Assembly: GCF_036321535.1 (NCBI RefSeq)
Contig: NC_087436.1
Location: 4,898,001 to 4,962,000 of the forward strand
DNA length: 64,000 bases
From: Camelus dromedarius
Taxonomy: Eukaryota
Reading direction: 5' to 3'
This document shows positions 25,729 to 38,582 of this stretch, piece after piece (the stretch's first letter is position 1; every line of letters begins with the position of its first letter). The position numbers and the translations under genes were made by a program. The notes below the pieces were generated by a model, which saw only the letters and a program-made list of their open reading frames with translations, was not told the DNA's origin and did no database searches.

Positions 25729-26402
25729 TTAATGGTCAGCCCGTTGTGATACTTATGCTCTTTTTAAAAAAAATTTTATTTTATTGAGTTATAGTTAGTT
25801 TACAATGTTGTGCCAATTTCAGTGTAGAGCACAAGTTTTCAGTCATATATGAATATACATATATTCTTTGCCACATTCTTTTTCACCGTGAGCTACCACA
25901 AGAGCTTGTATATATTTCCCTGTGCTATACAATATAATCTTGTTTACCTATTTTATATATATACCTGTCAGTATCTACAAATTTCGATCTCCCAGTCTGT
26001 CCCTTCCCACTCTCCTCCCCACTGGCAACCACAAGTTCGTATTCTATGTCTGTGAGTCTGTTTCTGTTTTGTATTTATGTTTGTCTTTTACTTTTCTTTT
26101 CTTTTTTTTTAAGATTCCACATATAAGCGATCTCATATGGTATTTTTCTTTCTCTTTCTGGCTTACTTCACTTAGAATGACATTCTCCAGGTCCATCCAT
26201 GTTGCTGTAAATGGCATTATGTTGTTTTTTATGGCTGAGTAGTATTCCATTGTATAAATATATCACATCTTCTTTATCCAGTCATCTGTTGATGGGCATT
26301 GAGGTGTTTCCATATCTTGGCTATTGTAAATAGTGCTGCTACGAACACTGGGGTGCAGGTGTCTTTTTGAAGTAGGGTTCCTTCTGGATATATGCCCAGG
26401 AG
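25729..26402 (-). mobile_element. 5'-truncated young L1 insertion with 17-bp TSD
   Basis: Minus-strand ORF MEYYSAIKNNIMPFTATWMDLENVILSEVSQ (end of L1 ORF2). TSD AATCACACAGTATTTTT at 25712-25728 and 26403-26419. Confidence 0.95.
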
Positions 26403-27287
26403 AATCACACAGTATTTTTAAAAGCCATTAAATGTCATGAAAAGCAGCAAACAATACAGCAAGGTGAGCTGTTATCCTGATGGTTTAGTTTTGAAGCGAC
26501 TGGGATATGGAATGGGTTACAATGAAAAATACAGTGGTAGTTTTTACCAGAAAGGTAATATTTAAGCAGATGCTTACAGGACATGAGCGAGTCAGAGGAA
26601 GCAGCGTCAAACAGGCCGCGCAGGTGCCCTGAAGTGGGAGCAGGGCGGAGGGATTAGGGGGTGGGGGCTGGGCTGGGCAGAGTGCCTGGGAGAGAGGCGG
26701 ACGAGGTCGGGGGTCGCCATGCAGACAGAGCGTGCGGTGCCTGGAAGCTGCTCTAAGTGCTTTGGTTTTATCCTAAGTGAGAGGGGCCACGGCAGAGCTT
26801 GAGCCGGGAACTGATTCCGTATCCTCGTCTTCCCGAGATGCAGTCACTCAGGACCTAAAACGCTCTCACCCTGTAAAGCTCCGACCCCTACGTCGTGTCC
26901 GACACTTACAAGAGATCTCACTATTGACTTGGTGGATGTTGCTTTAATTGGGCTTCTTCATTTTCTTGCATCTTTCAGTAAAAGAAATTGTAACAGAAAC
27001 ATTTCAGAATCAAAACTCATATTTACAGAACATAAAAAGTATGGACTCGTGGAGCAAGGGAAAGGGTAGACTGAATGCAACAATAGCATTAAATTTGTAT
27101 GTCACTTAATCTATGTTCTTGAATCTATTTCCAAATATACCCCTACAGCCATAAGCATTTTTAGTTCATTATTTACTATAGCTACACTTCACTGACTTTT
27201 AAAATATGTCCTCAAATATATACTAGACTAGATATAGCATGTTAAGCTATGTGGATGTAAGTAAGTTGAAAACATTCATTAAAAATA

Positions 27288-27390
27288 ATACATGTATGTT
27301 TATGTATGACTGAAGCATTATGCTGTACACCAGAAACTGACAAAACATTGTAAGCTGACTATACTTCAATAAAAAAGAAATATACAAAAA
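27288..27390 (+). mobile_element. Short L1 3' end
   Basis: 'tgtatgactgaagcattatgctgtacaccagaaactgacaaaacattgtaagctgactatacttcaataaaaaa'. Confidence 0.88.
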
Positions 27391-28615
27391 ATAGTTTTAT
27401 CTTTTCACACAGCTCGGTTTGAAGGTAGTGATTTGAAACATTGAATATACAACTAATTTGCATTTGATTTTCCTCTTTTCATTTTTATGTCCTCCTGAGG
27501 AATCATTTGATTTAGAAACGTATTACCATACTCAGCTTGAATTATGTTCACATAAAGGCTTGGCTGGGGGCCACTCAGGGGTTTCCCTGGTTTGCATGGA
27601 TAGTGGGGCTTGGAAACAGCAAAACAGGTTGGGAAAGCATAAACTGGGAAAAGAATCAGAATCCAGAGAGTCTTCTAGAAGGACAGCCCAGAAGCTACTT
27701 AGCGCGTTTTCTACAAGGCTTCTTTTAAGTCCCTTAAACTGTTCATCACAACTCAGTGACTACACAAGAACTACATGTGACCTCACACTAGAGTTGAAAA
27801 TACAAATATCACTCATTTTCAGCTTCGCAAGACCAAAACTACCCAACTTCTATGAGCCTTGAATCTCCAATCACAGCTCTGCTGGATGTTTGAAAGGCTC
27901 CCTGGCCCTGCCCTTCACTTAAAATAGAGACACACAGGCAGAAACACTAAAGGGCAGCCCGCAGTCTCACAGCGGGGTACACGGAGCTTGCCCTTGGCTC
28001 TCAGACACATCCCTGCTCTTCGCGCACCGAGTGTGAGAAAACAGTTCTCAAGGTAGGTAGGAGAGGCCTACTACCGTCACTGAAAGTATGGTGCGGGTTT
28101 TTGTTATAAAACCGAGGGGATGTGGTTGCAAAGGAACATCTGAAGGATTCGAGAGGGGAAAGTACAAATCTAAGTGATTCATAAAAGGGTATCTTGGAAG
28201 TGGTTAAATCTGCTAACCCAACTGGAAATTCCTTGATGACTCAAGGCTGCTACTCATCTGTTCCTGGCAAATCCACAGGGAACATCAGAAGGCTTGCCTC
28301 AGACAGGGAATCAGAACATAGTGGGCAGTTAAGTAGGAAAGGACAGCTTTGCAAGAGGAAGAATAAAAAAGCCTTTTGTCAGGAAGCGGACTTGAAGCTT
28401 TTTGTCTCCAAGGAAAAGGTCATCACTCTAGAAACCGTGTTGCCACAGAGCAGTTGAGCTGTTCGCCTAGAAAAGAAGTGAAGGAACTAGGTGTGAACAA
28501 ATAAAGCTCTCAGACAGGAACAAGATGGAACAGATTTCAGAATGATGTTCTCTTGACTCTTGAATTATCTAGTTATTGAAACGATACTTAAATTATCTTA
28601 GCGTAAAATTCAAGT

Positions 28616-28806
28616 AGAGTGGTTTTTGAGTGGAACACATCTTACATTAAGGATATGAGTGGTGTATTTGGCAGCCACTGTAACGAAGGAAGGGACTGTA
28701 GGTTTTTAGTAGACAGAAGCCAAGGATGCTTCATATCCTGCACTATGACAAACACAAATAATCATTCCATGCAAAATGCTAACAGCTCCACCATTTAAGA
28801 AAATGA
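28616..28806 (+). mobile_element. MER20-like hAT-Charlie MITE, diverged
   Basis: 'gtggtttt...gaagccaaggatgct...atcctgca...aataatcattccatgcaaaatgctaacagc...taagaaaatg'. Confidence 0.45.
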
Positions 28807-28821
28807 GGCAACTCAAAGGAT

Positions 28822-29004
28822 AACAAGATTATACTGTATAGCACAGGGAAATATAAACAAGATCTTGTGGTAGCTCACAGAGAAAAAAATGTGACAATGA
28901 ATTTATGTATGTTCATGTATAACTGCAAAAATTGTGCCCTACACTGGAATTTGACACAACATTGTAAAATGACTATAACTCAATAAAAAAAAAAAGTTAA
29001 AAAA
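28822..29004 (+). mobile_element. Short young L1 3' end
   Basis: 'tatactgtatagcacagggaaatata...cattgtaaaatgactataactcaataaaaaa'. TSD AAAGGAT at 28815 and 29005. Confidence 0.9.
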
Positions 29005-30301
29005 AAAGGATGTCTTTGTGAGGAATGCAAGTGTCCAGTCCAGAGACAGATGGAAGGTGCTCAAAACGTGTTGAACAAAACCCAAAAGGAAGCTACCTCT
29101 ATAAACTAATTAATTCCTCTATGTTTCTGTTTTTCTTTTCATTAATATTTGGCTGAGTGTTGGGAAAGGCCTGGAATATGTCTTCTATGGAAGTCCAAAG
29201 TTTTCTAATCTGAAATTTGAGTACAAAGTTCTTGGTCATTTCAGAACAGGTGTGATGACAACCAAAACAATGAACTGGTAAAGACAAAGAGTGGTACTGT
29301 TAGAGCAGGCAGGTAGCAGAAGAAGGGGGCCACAGGCCGAATGCAGGAAACCATACATCATGTGAGTACCAGGGTCCCTGGGTGGAGAAGGAAAAGCAGG
29401 AACCTCTGGGCTGATAAGAGATCGTACATTTTGGGGTGACAAGTGCCCCAGAGGCTGACAAAGAAAGATGGGAAAAGGCAGGAATCTCCAGTGTCTGAAC
29501 ATAACCTTTGGCTCATTATGCTCTCATTTCAAAAAAATTAGCCTTGCAGATTAGAAGTCCCCATCATGCACTGATGCCATGACACTTCTGATCCAGACTA
29601 AATAAGGACAAAAATCCCTCCTCCCCTCGGGAAGGTGGAGATGGGATGGACATCAGGGAATACTGCCCCAAACCCCTCCCTCTCCAATGCACATTCCACC
29701 ATTCATTTTTACACTCTGTGTGACCGGCTTGTAAAGAAGCTCAGGGCAGTGGCTCCATGACTGATGACTGACGTGCCGGAGAGCTGGAGGAGTGGTGCCG
29801 ATGGAGTGCTGCAGTGAGAACAGGTCTGCATCCAGAGCGATGCCCAGAGAGCTCCTTCTCTGCTCTGGAAACAACTTAATCTGAAGCAGATGCCTCCCCT
29901 CAAAGACCTCCTGAACCACCCAGCTTCATTCCAAACTCTTAGGGAGTGACTTTGAGTTGTTCAATGTGCCCATGTTTTGCTTTAAAAGTCAGGATGGAAT
30001 AATGAGGTCACTGACTGCCACACCCCCATGAGAGCTCAGAACATGATTTTATGACCCACAGCAAGCAAATTCGTTTTTCAGTCCTTAAATATCGTATCAC
30101 AGTTGTCAGCCCAAGGTGACAACACAGGAGGCAGAAGCAATGAGAGTAATATACATGTGTATATATTCAAAGGGGAAAAGGTGATAATACTTTGCATTAA
30201 TAATTCAAATTTCTATGTTCCATTTGCATTCGAATTATAGTCTTTGGCATTGCTCTGCCAATTTATTGATAAATGGCGTCAACTCCACAGAAATTTTCTT
30301 A

Positions 30302-31258
30302 TTTTTTTAAATTGAAGTAGACAGTTACAGTATGTCAATTTCTGGTGTACAGCACAATGTTCCAGTCATGCATATACATATGTATATTCATTTTCATATT
30401 TTTTTCTATTAAAGAATATTACAAGATATTGAACATAGTTCCCTGCACTATACAGACAAAATTTGCTTTTTAATCTATTTTTATATATATAGTGGTTAAC
30501 ATTTGCAAATGTCAAACTCCTAAATTTATCACTTCCCACCTCCTTTCCCACGGTAACCATAAGATTGTATTCTATGTCTGTGAGTCTATTTCTGTTTTGT
30601 AAATAAGTACATTTGTATCATTTCTTAGATTCCACATATAAGTGATATCATATGATATTTGCCTTTTTCTGTCTCATTTACTTCACTTAGAATGACATTC
30701 TTCAGGTCCATCCATATTGCTGCAAATGGCGTTATTTTACTATTTTTTATGGCTGAATAGTGTTCTATTTGTAACTATACTACAACTTCTTTATCCAGTC
30801 ATCTGTCAGTGGACATTTAGGTTGCTTCCATGTCTTGTCTATTGCAAATAGTGCTGCTGTGAACATTGGGGTGCAGGTTCCCTCTAGATACATGCCCAGG
30901 AGTGGGATTGCTGGATGATAGGGTAACTCTATTTTTAGTCTTTTAAGGAATCTCCCTACTGTTTTCCACAATGGCTGCACAGAATTACATTCCCACCAGC
31001 AGTGTAGGAGGGTACCCTTTCCTCCACACCCTCTCCAGCATTTATTATTTGTGGACTTTTGAATGATGGCTAGTCTAACTGGTGTGAGGTGACACCTCAT
31101 TGTAGTTTTGATTTGCATTTCTCTGATGATTAGTGATACTGAGCATTTTTTCATGTGCCTATTGGCCATTTGTATGTCTTCATTGGAGAAATGTCTATTT
31201 AGATCTTTGCTCATTTTTGGATTGGATTGTTTGTTTTCTTGTTATTGAGTGCTATGAA
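30302..31258 (-). mobile_element. 5'-truncated L1 (ORF2 C-terminal Cys-rich domain and 3' UTR)
   Basis: ORF 30780-31214 reads [41 protein letters not shown]...[17 protein letters not shown], the L1 ORF2 zinc-knuckle region. Poly(T) at the left end. Confidence 0.96.
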
Positions 31259-31849
31259 CCAAAATTTCATCTTTAATGCCTTAACTAATACTGTTATATT
31301 TTTAATATGACAGCCTGATTTTCTTTTTGTAGAAAAATGCAGCCACACGTGTCCCTGTCTTGCTGTTACCCAATTCATTTGACTCCAATAACTTTAGCCT
31401 GTTTACTGCCATTTCCTGTGTTCACAGAAAACCAGTCTGGGTTGCATTCAGCCCAAATAGCAGGCTGCAAAAAGACACGAAACAGTAACTATCATATATC
31501 GATCCCTTAGCACGAGCTAGATGCTGTTCCAAGGACTTATGTGTTATCACTTGTGTCTATAAAAATCCTACAGGGAAAGTATTATTTTCCATCTAAAGTC
31601 ATGGCGTGGAACTCTAACATCTGTGTTCTTTATAGCAGACCAAGTATTTCTTATTAAACTTTTTATTTGTTTCTTAAACTTCAGACTTAACCTAGTATCA
31701 TAAACAGAACCTTGGTTTAGCAGAATGAGTCCTAGAGCAGGACTTAGGATAGCCAATCTGTCTTCCTTTTGTCTGTAAGTAACTGGGCTACCATTTGCTT
31801 TTCTTATGAAGTTAGTACAGATGACTTCCAATTAAAGCAATGAGATCCA

Positions 31850-32040
31850 CTGGGAATATTAAAAGCCTTGGAATCAGACATATGAAGTTCAAATCCAAGC
31901 TTCATCCTTATTATCTGGGAGAATGTAGAAGTTATTATTTTTTTTAACTATTCTCTCAACTGAAAATCTGAAATAATACCTAATTCAGAAAATTATGCTA
32001 AGAGTTAAAATTGTGCATGTAAAGTGTGTATGTCATTTAA
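31850..32040 (+). mobile_element. MIR SINE remnant
   Basis: 'ttggaatcagaca...gttcaaatccaagcttca...aaataatacctaattcag'. Confidence 0.6.
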
Positions 32041-33841
32041 TTTGGCCAAATAATTCAATATATTTAATACAAATAATTTTAAATAATTCAAATAATTCAA
32101 TACAAAGTTTTAATTTTTTGCTCAAAAATTTCCATCACTTGTAACACTGCTTTTTGACTATTTGGTGAATAGTTAGCCCCATTTATTCCAATTCTAAATT
32201 TGAATTCTAAATTCAAACACCTTTCTAGATCCTCATTTCTCATTTCCCTTCTGCCTCATGCTTCCAAGGCTGTGGCCATTAAAAATAAAACAAAAACAAA
32301 AACCAACCACATCGATTGTGTGTACTGTATTCCTGCCTAGTTTCGCCAGCCGTTTCACCCCTCATATTTTTCTAAGGACTTGAGATGTTTTATTTTTAAA
32401 GCCTACACTCTAGGTCCAATCGAAAAATAATTCTGTGTAATTAAACTCCCACTCACTCGAAGCAACGCTTCCCTTTTTCTTTAATGTGGTGTGTGTGTGT
32501 GTGTTTGTTTTCAGTGTCACGTACATTAAGGACAACATGGCTTTATTACGTTTCTTCAGAAACCAGTAAAAATGTATGCTGTGGAAAGAGGGGGTCCCTA
32601 GTAACGCATGACTTATTTCTTGATTGAAAATCCGAAAGAGTTTGAATTATTGAAGTAAAGATCTTTGAGTGATGCATATTTAAGTAACTCCTTCTCCTGG
32701 ATCACAGAATCACCCCTCATTGTTTACGTGTTATGATTCTCAGCCGTGACATTTGTTCTGTTTACCAGGGATTTCTTCTCTAATTGAGACTGGACATTCC
32801 AAGGGGTAAGTCCCACAGTCTGTTGAAAATAATTTATTCACATATCATCAGTAGTAATTTTACAAGCAAAGGAAAAATTTGAGCATAGAGTTGAGATTTT
32901 ACAGGGAATTCATCGAATCAGTTCACAAATTAAGTAAAGGTTGGCTTCTCACACTTCACGCCTAGATGTGGTCAACGGTCTAGCTGAACAAGGTGAAATA
33001 GGACTTGGAAAGTTCAGACTTCCTGTGTGATCAGAAGAAGAGCGATCTGGGTGAGCACTAAAAGCCCAACCATAGTAAAGCCGCAGCAGCTGCCTTTATC
33101 TGCTGGATTCTGTGTTGGACGGATGCTAAGGTATCAGACATTGAGATTTTCTCATTCTTACATCGCTTACTTTTCAGAGAGCATCTCCACCCTCCATCCT
33201 TAAACAAACAGTGCAGCTCCCAGCCAACCCGTTGCCTTTCTTCTCCATCCAAACCAATGGCGTATGGGTTTCATGGCTGATGCGAGGGTAAACACTTCCA
33301 TTTGACCTTGAATGACAAAGTATCTGGTCCTTGGCACACTTGCATGGGTCCTTCTGGCCTAAGAAAATTACTGCCTTGCAGAGATCCCTCGCTGTGCACC
33401 CACATGTGCAGTGGCTGCAGCCTGATTTTTGCTGTTGGACTATGTGCACAGCATTTGCTAGTTTTGTCAGGCAAGTGGGCTGAATTCAGCAGGTGTTATG
33501 TTAGATATTTGTTCCCAATCTAGGTAAGCAGCACCAGATGCCAGGCCCTAAATTCCACACTTTGTGCAGCATCGAAAAGGGAAAGGTACAGATGACATTT
33601 AGATGCGTGTGACTCGCCACAGGCTCAAGGGTGACCCCCTCTCTCTGTGACCGGAGGTTGTAACCCTAGGTTGTTAATTACATATGAGGAAGTGATTTCC
33701 GTGAAAGGCCAGCTTCACGCCTAAGTTTGCTGTTTGTTTGTTTTAGGCAAAAGACAATGCCACCGGCTTCTGCATCACAAGACCAAGAGAGTTCGGAAAC
33801 TAATTTTTTAAGATAATCTTTTCTGTTTAAACAGTGGGCTG

Positions 33842-33930
33842 GAAAAAAAGAAAAATGCCATATGACATCATTTATATGGGGAATCTAAAAATAATGACAA
33901 TAATAATAAGGGCACAAATGAACTACTTAT
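33842..33930 (+). mobile_element. Small L1 3' UTR fragment
   Basis: 'aagaaaaatgccatatgacatcatttatatggggaatctaaaaa...cacaaatgaact' is near-identical to 22941-23000. Confidence 0.75.
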
Positions 33931-34984
33931 TATTTATAACTAAGGTGACTGATTTCTTGAATATGTGCAAGCACATCTGACTGTCCTTTATGACTGGATT
34001 ACCGCATTCTGTTGATTCTTATTTTGTAGTTGGCTTTATTCCTTTGATAACTATGTAAGTTTAAAAAGCTAAAGCTCAAATCTGTTCTTAGAAACAGTAA
34101 TCGGTACATGTATGTAAACTAAAAACAAGTGCAGTGTACCGTGGATATGTATCTACACGCCATATAACGTGTATGTGCAGTCGCACTGTAATAATTCTAC
34201 CTATTAAAGCTGGAAAAGGAGAAACAAACATGTGCTGAATGGAGAAATGGAAATTAAAGGGATTTAATAGACTTCAATGGATTTAAATATGCAATAAAGG
34301 AAAGTGAGACAAATAAAATTCAAGGGAAACTCAAATAATGATAGTTGTAAAGAAAGAAAAAAAGCAGAGCCCCCACAGAGATGGAGGTGACATCTGGATG
34401 CTACCTGGGATACTAGTGGCTTCCATTCAAAAGTAGCCCATTAAAACAGCCACTCCAGAGGTGGTCATAGGTACACTTGACCCCATACAGACAGAAGTGA
34501 CAGAGGCCTCGGTTTGGAATTGAATAATTTGCCAGCGTGCTGAATCACCTCATGCAAATAGCATTTAGTATTCAAGCCATTTCTTAGAGTTGGGTCTGGC
34601 TGAATTCCACAAGACAAAAGCTTTAATCCTGGCTACGGAACAAGTCATTTTGAACGATGAGACCCCTTGAACAAATGTGCAATAGGACATAACAAATCTA
34701 GGCTGCAAAAAACGAGGCCTCCTCATCTAAAAACCATTACACTAACTGATTCCTTGCCCCAAACTATTTATCTCTTTGATTAAATCACTCATAAGAAATA
34801 CTGATCATGTAAACTGTTCTTCAATAAAGGAGATCTCAAACTGCTCTGGGCTCACAAACCACTGTTGTTTTTGACGTGTGGTAGCTCCTTCAAGGGGGCC
34901 GCTGTAATTCTGGTTTCTAACATGATCGATAGCATTCAACCTGATTTGGTACTTCATTAAATTGGAGTAAAAGGGCACACAGTC

Positions 34985-35495
34985 TTTAACATTTGACTTT
35001 GATTACTCAGCCCTGTGTTTAAGATATCCTCTCATATTATTGAAGATACTTGTGGATGCTTCTTTTATATTGGTATGTAGAATGCCACTATGTAAGTAAA
35101 CCACAGTTTATCCATTCATTTTACTGTTGGTAGACATTTGAGTAACCTCGTATTTGGGGCTACAATGGATACCAGATACGGGCGTTGTAGTGCGTGTCTT
35201 TTGGAGGATATAAGCATACATTTCTTTAGGGTGTACATCAAGGGTGGACTCTCTAGATCAAAGCATATTCACGGGTCACTCTTTAGTAGATAGTGCCAAA
35301 CAGGCTTCCAAAGTGGTTGCGCCAAGTTACGCTTCTATCAGTAGCACACAAGAGTTTCAATGGTTACACATTCTCATCGACATTCGACATTGATGATATA
35401 CTTTGTTACAATGCGGTTCACTTTGCCATTCTGGTGAATATGCGGTGTTATTATGCTATGGTTTTAATCTGCACTTTCTTGATAACAAATGAACA
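34985..35495 (-). mobile_element. Ancient L1M (L1ME-like) 3' region
   Basis: 'ccacagtttatccattcattttactgttggtagacatttg...ttccaaagtggttg...gccattctggtgaatatg...ggttttaatctgcactt'. Confidence 0.8.
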
Positions 35496-35699
35496 CATAA
35501 CTGAGAATTGGTCATGGGTTTGCATAGTGTCCAGCGTTGCACACTTTCATAGCTCAGGTTCAGTGTGCGGTGCACGCAACTTCAGGTCTCAGTCTTGGTT
35601 CGTGGTGGTCTCGACTTGATGGAAGCAAACATAAACTCCTGCTAACAGAAGGTAGTTTTTCCCTAGGCTTCCTAGAATCTATGAAAATGATTTTTCAAC

Positions 35700-37045
35700 A
35701 ACAAGAAGAGGTGACAGAATTATCTAAACTTGTACAGAAAGAAGGTAACATCAGCCAAAATCAGCAAAATATAACACAGCAGAAACTGACTCAGACTTCA
35801 GATATTTGGAATTATCAGAAGTAGATGATAAAATTACCATATTTGCAATGTTTCAGGAATTATAAGTAAGCATGACAATATCTCAGCGGACAAAAAAATT
35901 TAAAGATCACCTTATAGATTTCTTAAAAATCAGAAAGAATTTTTAGACATCAGTAGCACTCAAAAACAAAAATCAAAAGCTTAATGAGCAGGGTTCGCAT
36001 CAGATTAGACACAGCTGAAGACAGCAATAGTGAACCATAAACATGGTCAAATTAAATTATGTGGAGTGGATCACAAAGTTACATCCCTAGATTTATTTAG
36101 ATGTGGAAATTTCACGTGAAGGGGGATACAGTGAGTTCTGACATATGTTTACTCAGGACTGAGGTGGAGAAGAGAGAGGAAAATAAGACAGAGCCAATAT
36201 TTAAAGAGCTCGTGAATGAAATTTTTCCTGTATTGATTAAAAATACCAATTTGGGAAACCTAACAAATTCCTTTTAGAATAATTTTTTCCAGCTTGCATG
36301 ATTTAGACACCACTTAGGGAAATGTATTAAAATGTCAAAAATAAGAAGAAATTAGTAAAAGTAACCAAATGACAAAAGATTATGTCATAAAGGTGTAAAA
36401 CTGACAGCCATCTTTTCAACAGCAGCCACTGTGAGCTGACAGTCGATGTGCAGAAAAGGGGGTGAGGACTGGGGTTGTGGAAGTCTGCATCCAGCAAAAA
36501 AAGTTTTAGTAATGGGAATATTATGAACTCATTTTCAAGCAAAAAACATGCTACTAGCAGGCCTCTGGCAGGAAGCAAATGATTCCGGAGAGTTTTGAGA
36601 AGGAAGAAGGAACAAAGATTTTAAAAAAGGGGTAAACATGCTGATAAATCTAAGTAAACTATGTCTGTACAAACAAAAATAATAATGCATTTTGAGCTAA
36701 AAAAAATCAATGCAGAATTAGAAAACTCAATGATAATAACTTTATTAAAATACTGGAAGATGGTTACCGCATTCTAGTCCACAAAATGATCAAGGAAGAC
36801 AGATTCATCAATAAACACTTAATTTACAATGGTGCAGAGATTCATAGCATACTCATGGAAAGTAGAGAAATAAATCATACATTCTAAGCAAGTAGACACC
36901 CCTTGCCTATGACCCAGCAATTCTATTGCTAGGAATGTACCTGAGACAATCAGGTCCCTGGGAAACACGTACAAAAATATTTATTGCAACATTATTCAAA
37001 ATAGCCCCCAGCTGGAAGTAATAATTATTTAAATCTGTCAATACT
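35700..37045 (+). mobile_element. Ancient L1M ORF1-region fragment followed by an L1M 3' fragment
   Basis: A-rich 'cagatatttggaattatcaga...cagattagacacagctgaagacag..tagtgaac' is L1 ORF1-like. 'tatgacccagcaattcta...ctaggaatgtacc' at about 36910 is ORF2 3'. Confidence 0.65.
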
Positions 37046-37869
37046 TTGGTAAAGTAAATAACATTGCAATCTATACTCGTTGATTAAATCAGATGCTTTT
37101 TCAAGTGTACTATATACCATAGAAAAAAGATTTAAAATGTATGTATATTGAAACTACAGAAGGCCAATTATTATAACTAGAGTAACAGGGATTTGGGTAA
37201 CAGTGATGTTTAACAGTCTTTTAGATAATGACGGCCCCAGTGCGGCGTGCTTTTTATTTGAATTTACCTTGAATGAGCTAGCAATGTAATTAGCAATTTA
37301 TGTTTTACAAATGTCTTGATCTACATTGTTTTCACTGATGTTGATTACAGGGTTAAGAATTAACACTATGTGCACTATATAGATGAAGAAAGTGAAACTA
37401 TGATGAGATTTTCTCAAGAGAGCGAAATTAACGAGTGACAGCTCTAAGTATCGTGTCTCTGACTTCAAATCCAGTGTTCTTATAATAAAACTTCTTGCAT
37501 TTAGCAGGGGCTCCATTAATGTATGATAAACTGATATTTTGCTAAGAGAAAGAAAATAAAATTATTCAAGAGACCAATCCAGTGACATAAACTTCTATAT
37601 AATATTTGCCCTTTATTTCCTCCTCCAATATATATCTACTTTTCTGGGATAATTATGTGTTTCTAATTGTTTTTCTTAAGCAAAAATGTATATACTTAAA
37701 CTTCCAAAGAGGTCTGTGTTCTTCTGAGAAAAGAAGTGGGAAAAGAATATCCTAAGTGTCTCTGAGAAACTGGATGTGCCGCTATGATGATCCGGCTGTG
37801 ACTAAAGTATCTTTGTTACATCATGATGATTGAAATTGTCTGCAAACTAATCAGAACACATTGTGCAAC

Positions 37870-38389
37870 TGTAATAGAAAAGAATAAATCTGACGCCACA
37901 TTAGATCTGTTCCTTTGGCTTTGCGCCTGTGCCCTGGGTTCTAGGCTTAGTCTTGCTGGCTCTGCACCTTTTGTAAAACAATGTTGCCTTTAGCCTGAAA
38001 TATGCAGGAGAGCCTATTCTCAAGGCTCTGACCTTTAAGGATATTAACACTTTTGCACTTATATAAAGATAACAAGTTGCAGAATGGAAAATAACATTTG
38101 TTTTGTTGGAGGTTTACAGGGACACCATGATCTGACCCACATGGACAGCTGCAAGAACAAAGGATTCCTACACCAAGAAGTTTGCAACAACCGACCACTC
38201 CCCCACTCCTTTTTAGTATAAAAGGAGCATGAATTCTGATTTGAGTAGGATGGTTCTCCAGACGGTAGTCTGCCATCCTCTCTGGCTGCTGGCTTTCCGA
38301 ATAAAGTCACTATTCCTTGCCCCAACACCTCATCTCCCGATTTATTGGCCTTTTGTGTGGTGAGCAGAACAAGTTTGGACTCAGTAACA
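37870..38389 (+). mobile_element. ERV1-class solo LTR (MER41-like), 520 bp
   Basis: TGTAAT...GTAACA termini, perfect 4-bp TSD CAAC (37866-37869 and 38390-38393), TATAAAA at 38217-38223, AATAAA at 38300-38305. The MER41-like label is tentative. Confidence 0.9.
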
Positions 38390-38458
38390 CAACCCAGTAT
38401 GAGATATTGCCATTCAATCATTCCATTCAATCATAAGTTGACTCAAGAATTAATGCTT

Positions 38459-38582
38459 TTCTCCACCTGAAAATATATGTACATATGTATGTATATGTAT
38501 AACTGAATCGCTTTGCTGAACACCTGAAACTAACATTATAAATACTACACTTCAATAAAAAATAAGAATTAAAACAGAAAAA
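38459..38582 (+). mobile_element. Short L1 3' end with 14-bp TSD
   Basis: 'tgtataactgaatcgctttgctgaacacctgaaactaac...cttcaataaaaa'. TSD AAGAATTAATGCTT at 38445-38458 and 38583-38596. Confidence 0.9.

Larger units (their letters stand above)
25250..26820 (-). mobile_element. L2 3' region, interrupted by MLT1A and by a young L1
   Basis: The L2 tail 'ttgtttcaggcgattgggacac...gaacaaagcaga' continues after the MLT1 ('tttacattctatggggat') and after the L1 ('gaaaggtaatatttaagcaga...gccctgaagtggga...tttggttttatcctaagtg'). Confidence 0.65.

Noticed and set aside
27458..27862. 134-aa plus-strand ORF
   Set aside because: Non-ATG start, no recognisable homology and no convincing splice boundaries.
30780..31214. 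144-aa ORF as a host gene
   Set aside because: It is the LINE-1 ORF2 C-terminus within a 5'-truncated element.
37947..38430. Two minus-strand ORFs of 109 and 123 aa
   Set aside because: They are antisense to the solo LTR and show no gag, pol or env similarity.
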